Part shown: positions 61,031 to 64,000 of the stretch, piece by piece
Layout: the number at the start of each line of letters is the position of its first letter
Numbering within the stretch: position 1 is the stretch's first letter
Origin: Desulfurococcaceae archaeon
GTDB taxonomy: Archaea > Thermoproteota > Thermoprotei_A > Sulfolobales > Desulfurococcaceae
Direction: 5' to 3'
NCBI GenBank assembly: GCA_038816475.1
Contig: JAWBAI010000002.1
Span: forward strand, 64,001 to 128,000
DNA length: 64,000 nt
Notes under the pieces: generated by a model
Database searches by the model: none
The model's input: the letters and a program-made list of their open reading frames with translations, nothing else
What the model was told of the DNA's origin: nothing
Translations under genes and position numbers: made by a program

Positions 61031-61726
61031 CTATTCTACTACAACAACCTGCATAGGTTGATTTTCGCTTTGACCTTTACTCTCCTGAGTTGCTAGTCCT
61101 ACAGCTGGGGACAAAGGTATTACCTCGAGAGACTCTATGAGGTCCAAGTGCTTCTTGAGAGACTCTTTTTCTTTGAGAAGAATTTCAAGAGTCTTCTTCA
61201 TGATATCTACTGCTAGTAAGTACGGTTTCTCTGGAATTTCACCAGCAAGGTAGCTTGTTTTAAGAGCAGCCATGGCTTTCTCAACTTCCGCGATCTGGTC
61301 TTCAACCTCGTGAATTCTCTTCCTCAGAGAGTCCTTAACCTCTTTCGACATAGCTTTTACACTCACGATTTCCGACTCGAGCTTTTTCTTAAATGCTTCA
61401 TATGCGTGTGTTGGAACCTCCTTCTTGGCGTAGAGGTCTTCTAGGGATGCAAGCCTGCTCTTAATTATCTTCAACCTGTTCTCAACAATTAGAGCCTTGT
61501 ACTCGTGCTCCGGAATTAGCACTACTGCTTCCGCAGTTATATTGAATCTTTCTATGGGTATCTCCTTGTACTCAACATCGTTGTAGTTTACTTCAAGCGA
61601 TGTTACTTTTCCATCTGCATTACTGTATATGCTGACAACGTAGCCCAGTCTTCTACCATAAGGATCCACAACAGGCTTACCTAGAACATCCACCAGCTTA
61701 CCAATGTCTGTGTACATATTATACAC
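61031..61726 (-). CDS. cdvA: Cell division protein CdvA
   Basis: N-terminal PRC barrel (GKPV.DPYGR.LG.V), coiled coil with YLAGEI, C-terminal beta peptide PMQVVVVE. Confidence 0.88.
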   Translation of the reverse strand: MYNMYTDIGKLVDVLGKPVVDPYGRRLGYVVSIYSNADGKVTSLEVNYNDVEYKEIPIERFNITAEAVVLIPEHEYKALIVENRLKIIKSRLASLEDLYAKKEVPTHAYEAFKKKLESEIVSVKAMSKEVKDSLRKRIHEVEDQIAEVEKAMAALKTSYLAGEIPEKPYLLAVDIMKKTLEILLKEKESLKKHLDLIESLEVIPLSPAVGLATQESKGQSENQPMQVVVVE

Positions 61727-61788
61727 ACCACTTGTTTAATTCCTACGAGATTAGTTTTAAAAGGATGGGGGTTGAGAGCTAGCTACTA

Positions 61789-61847
61789 TCAGCAGCCTGG
61801 TTCCTGGCATAGCCCTCTGAGGGCTTCGCGCTTTTAACCTTCATCAC
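61789..61847 (-). ncRNA. Putative box C/D sRNA with tRNA-complementary guides
   Basis: C GTGATGA (61847-61841), D CTGA (61792-61789); guides AGGTTAAAAGC and GGAACCAGGCTG; TTTTTAAA about 25-30 nt upstream. Confidence 0.7.
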
Positions 61848-61899
61848 CAACTTCATAAACTTAGACCTCTCCTTTAAAAACAAACTATGTGAAAAACTG

Positions 61900-62172
61900 A
61901 TGAATAGGGATAAAGCTATGAACGAAACCACCATAAGCAGAGTTCAGGAGCTGTTTTCAGCGTTAGCAGAATTCTTCTCTAAGCTTAGTGGAATAGGGCT
62001 ATGGTTCTTCATGGTCGGATTCTTCCTGCTCCTTCTACTAGCTGGAATCATACTGCTGAAAGCGCTCATAGCAGTACTAAAAATTATTCCCAATTTAACG
62101 GTTGGACAGTTCATTAAACTACTGCTAGTCGTAGCATTAGTACTAATGATCGCTGGTCTCTTCATTCCATAA
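61900..62172 (+). CDS. Small membrane protein (2 predicted TM helices)
   Basis: Two long hydrophobic stretches. Confidence 0.7.
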   Translation: MNRDKAMNETTISRVQELFSALAEFFSKLSGIGLWFFMVGFFLLLLLAGIILLKALIAVLKIIPNLTVGQFIKLLLVVALVLMIAGLFIP

Positions 62173-62195
62173 AACTGAAAGAGTTGAAAATACTT

Positions 62196-63512
62196 TTAGG
62201 GTTTTCTAGGGAACACCCTGAATCCAGGGTACTTCGGCTTCTCTAGCTCTTCGTATATTTCAAGTAACCTATTGTACTTGCACACTCGTTCTCCACGAGC
62301 TGGGGCTCCCGTCTTTATAAGCCCTGTTGATAGTCCGACCGCGATATCAGCTATGGATGTATCCTCTGTTTCACCACTTCTATGGCTTACGATCGCTCTG
62401 TAGTTGTTTTGCTTCGCCAGTTTAACAACCTCAGTGGTTTCTGTTAGCGTACCAATTTGATTTACTTTAACAAGTATAGCGTTTGCGGCTGAAACCTCTA
62501 TTCCCTTGCTAAGCCTCTTAATGTTAGTTGTAAATAGGTCATCTCCTACTATTAGTACCTTGGATCCCAAGCTTCTAGTTATGTACGCAAAACCCTCGAA
62601 ATCCTCCTCGTACAGTGGATCCTCTATGCTTACTATTGGATAATCTGCGGTAAGCTGCTCGTAAAACGATATGAGATCATACCTGGTTAGTTCACGACCT
62701 TCGCCCTCAAGTACGTACACACCTTTGTCTTCTCTGTAAAGCCTTGAACTTGCTACGTCTAAGGCTATCGCAATCTGATCACCAGGTACATAACCGGCTT
62801 TTTCAATAGCTTTAACCAATAGGTCTAGCGCATCTCTGGTTTTCTCTAGTGGAGGAGCATACCCTCCTTCATCACCAACGTTCACAGCCATTGGTCCATA
62901 CTTCTCCTTTAGTATCTGCCTTAAACTATGGTAAACCTCTACAGATGCTTTCAAAGCTACAGTGAAATCGTCAAACCCTGCAGGTACTATCATGAACTCC
63001 TGAAAATCAAGCTTGTTACCCGCGTGAACACCTCCATTGATGATATTTAGCATCGGTACCGGGATGAGGTCAGCTGCTTTACCGCCCAGGTACATATACA
63101 GTGGTAATCCGAGAGTGGAAGCTGCTGCTTTTGCTACTGCAAGGCTAGTTGCAACTATAGCGTTAGCTCCTAGTCTACTCTTGTTCTCTGTTCCATCGAT
63201 CTCTATCATCTTGTAGTCGATCTCGCACTGATGTGACGCGTTCATTCCAATGATAGCGGGCGCTATTATTCTGTTTACGTTTTCTACAGCTTTAGAAACC
63301 CCTTTTCCGAGGTAGTCCTTACCCCCATCCCTGAGCTCGAGAGCTTCGTGTTTACCTACGGATGCTCCGCTTGGGGCATACGCTACTCCTACTCCGTATC
63401 CTTCAGTAACTACTCTCACGCACACTGTTGGGTTTCCACGACTATCAAGAACCATTCTACCATGCACATCTCTTATTATTAGGGATTCCCACAGTATATC
63501 AAGTAGTGACAT
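62196..63512 (-). CDS. eno: Enolase
   Basis: [46 protein letters not shown]; probable ATG at 63512. Confidence 0.98.
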   Translation of the reverse strand: MSLLDILWESLIIRDVHGRMVLDSRGNPTVCVRVVTEGYGVGVAYAPSGASVGKHEALELRDGGKDYLGKGVSKAVENVNRIIAPAIIGMNASHQCEIDYKMIEIDGTENKSRLGANAIVATSLAVAKAAASTLGLPLYMYLGGKAADLIPVPMLNIINGGVHAGNKLDFQEFMIVPAGFDDFTVALKASVEVYHSLRQILKEKYGPMAVNVGDEGGYAPPLEKTRDALDLLVKAIEKAGYVPGDQIAIALDVASSRLYREDKGVYVLEGEGRELTRYDLISFYEQLTADYPIVSIEDPLYEEDFEGFAYITRSLGSKVLIVGDDLFTTNIKRLSKGIEVSAANAILVKVNQIGTLTETTEVVKLAKQNNYRAIVSHRSGETEDTSIADIAVGLSTGLIKTGAPARGERVCKYNRLLEIYEELEKPKYPGFRVFPRKP

Positions 63513-63550
63513 GGGATTCACCAGCACATCAACGCAGGTTACATGGCACT

Positions 63551-63856
63551 ATGATTACGCTGGGAGTTAATATTTTAGCATCATATCTGCTGTGGGTAGC
63601 GGTAACCTTAGTCTTCAAGAACAGGGTTAAGAAGATGCTCATATACGCGTTGTTCCCCTTCGCTCTGTACAGTGCTCCATGCGTTTACTATGCTTTAGCA
63701 GAACATAGCATGGTATACGCGTTACCAGTAGTTCTGTCCGCTTTAGTATTGGTCTATCATGCTGGAAAGGGTGAAAAGAACGCTTTTACCTCAACTATAA
63801 TACCCCTACCTCAAGTACTTACACTAGTGTACATAGCACTGGTGCATCCACTTTGA
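63551..63856 (+). CDS. Small membrane protein
   Basis: 3-4 hydrophobic segments from ATG 63551; its stop overlaps the next TTG. Confidence 0.6.
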   Translation: MITLGVNILASYLLWVAVTLVFKNRVKKMLIYALFPFALYSAPCVYYALAEHSMVYALPVVLSALVLVYHAGKGEKNAFTSTIIPLPQVLTLVYIALVHPL

Positions 63857-64000
63857 CCACTGAGAAGTGTCCGAAGTGTGGTTCAAGTGACGTGAAAGTA
63901 GTTAAGACTTGGAACCTTGTTTCTCCACTACCCGATAAACTCGGAAGAATAACAATAACTGTTATGGGAGTACTTAAGTGCAACTCGTGTGGTTATAGCT
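63853..64000 (+). CDS. Zinc-ribbon, Cren7-like chromatin protein (partial, runs off window)
   Basis: Manual translation MTTEKCPKCGSSDVKVVKTWNLVSPLPDKLGRITITVMGVLKCNSCGYS...; absent from the ORF track. Confidence 0.65.
   Translation, partial: MTTEKCPKCGSSDVKVVKTWNLVSPLPDKLGRITITVMGVLKCNSCGYS

Overview
This window is core chromosome of a hyperthermophilic crenarchaeon, most likely Desulfurococcales/Desulfurococcaceae. The evidence is an unsplit rpoB, split rpoA'/A'', a long S6e, CdvA, TFE-beta, a Cren7-like protein, and an EndA alpha subunit with the crenarchaeal-specific loop. Positions 1-27 kb hold the translation/transcription superoperon (rpoE, aIF2g, S6e, aIF5B, r-proteins, gltX, rpoD/N, EF-1a, rpoH-B-A'-A''). 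Next come cdc6 with a candidate origin, two TFBs, tRNA-processing and modification genes (endA, sua5, tmcA, two B12/radical SAM proteins), cdc48, pyrG, acdAB, tldDE, cdvA and enolase. There are three tRNAs: Ser-GGA, plus Ala-GGC and Gln-TTG, each with a 13-nt intron. No CRISPR array, transposase or integrase was seen, and I found no convincing multi-gene novel system. The best leads are: (i) the catalytic tRNA-splicing endonuclease frame lacks any ATG/GTG/TTG upstream of its conserved N-terminal domain; (ii) several unannotated box C/D guide RNAs, one apparently targeting both the D-loop and anticodon of tRNA-Lys; (iii) a radical SAM enzyme whose cluster motif is split by a Cys-rich insert; (iv) Cdc48-N-like double-psi-barrel modules, both stand-alone and inside S6e; (v) a repeat-rich candidate oriC between cdc6/DUF99 and tRNA-Gln. 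All family assignments come from motif recognition by eye; no database searches were run.
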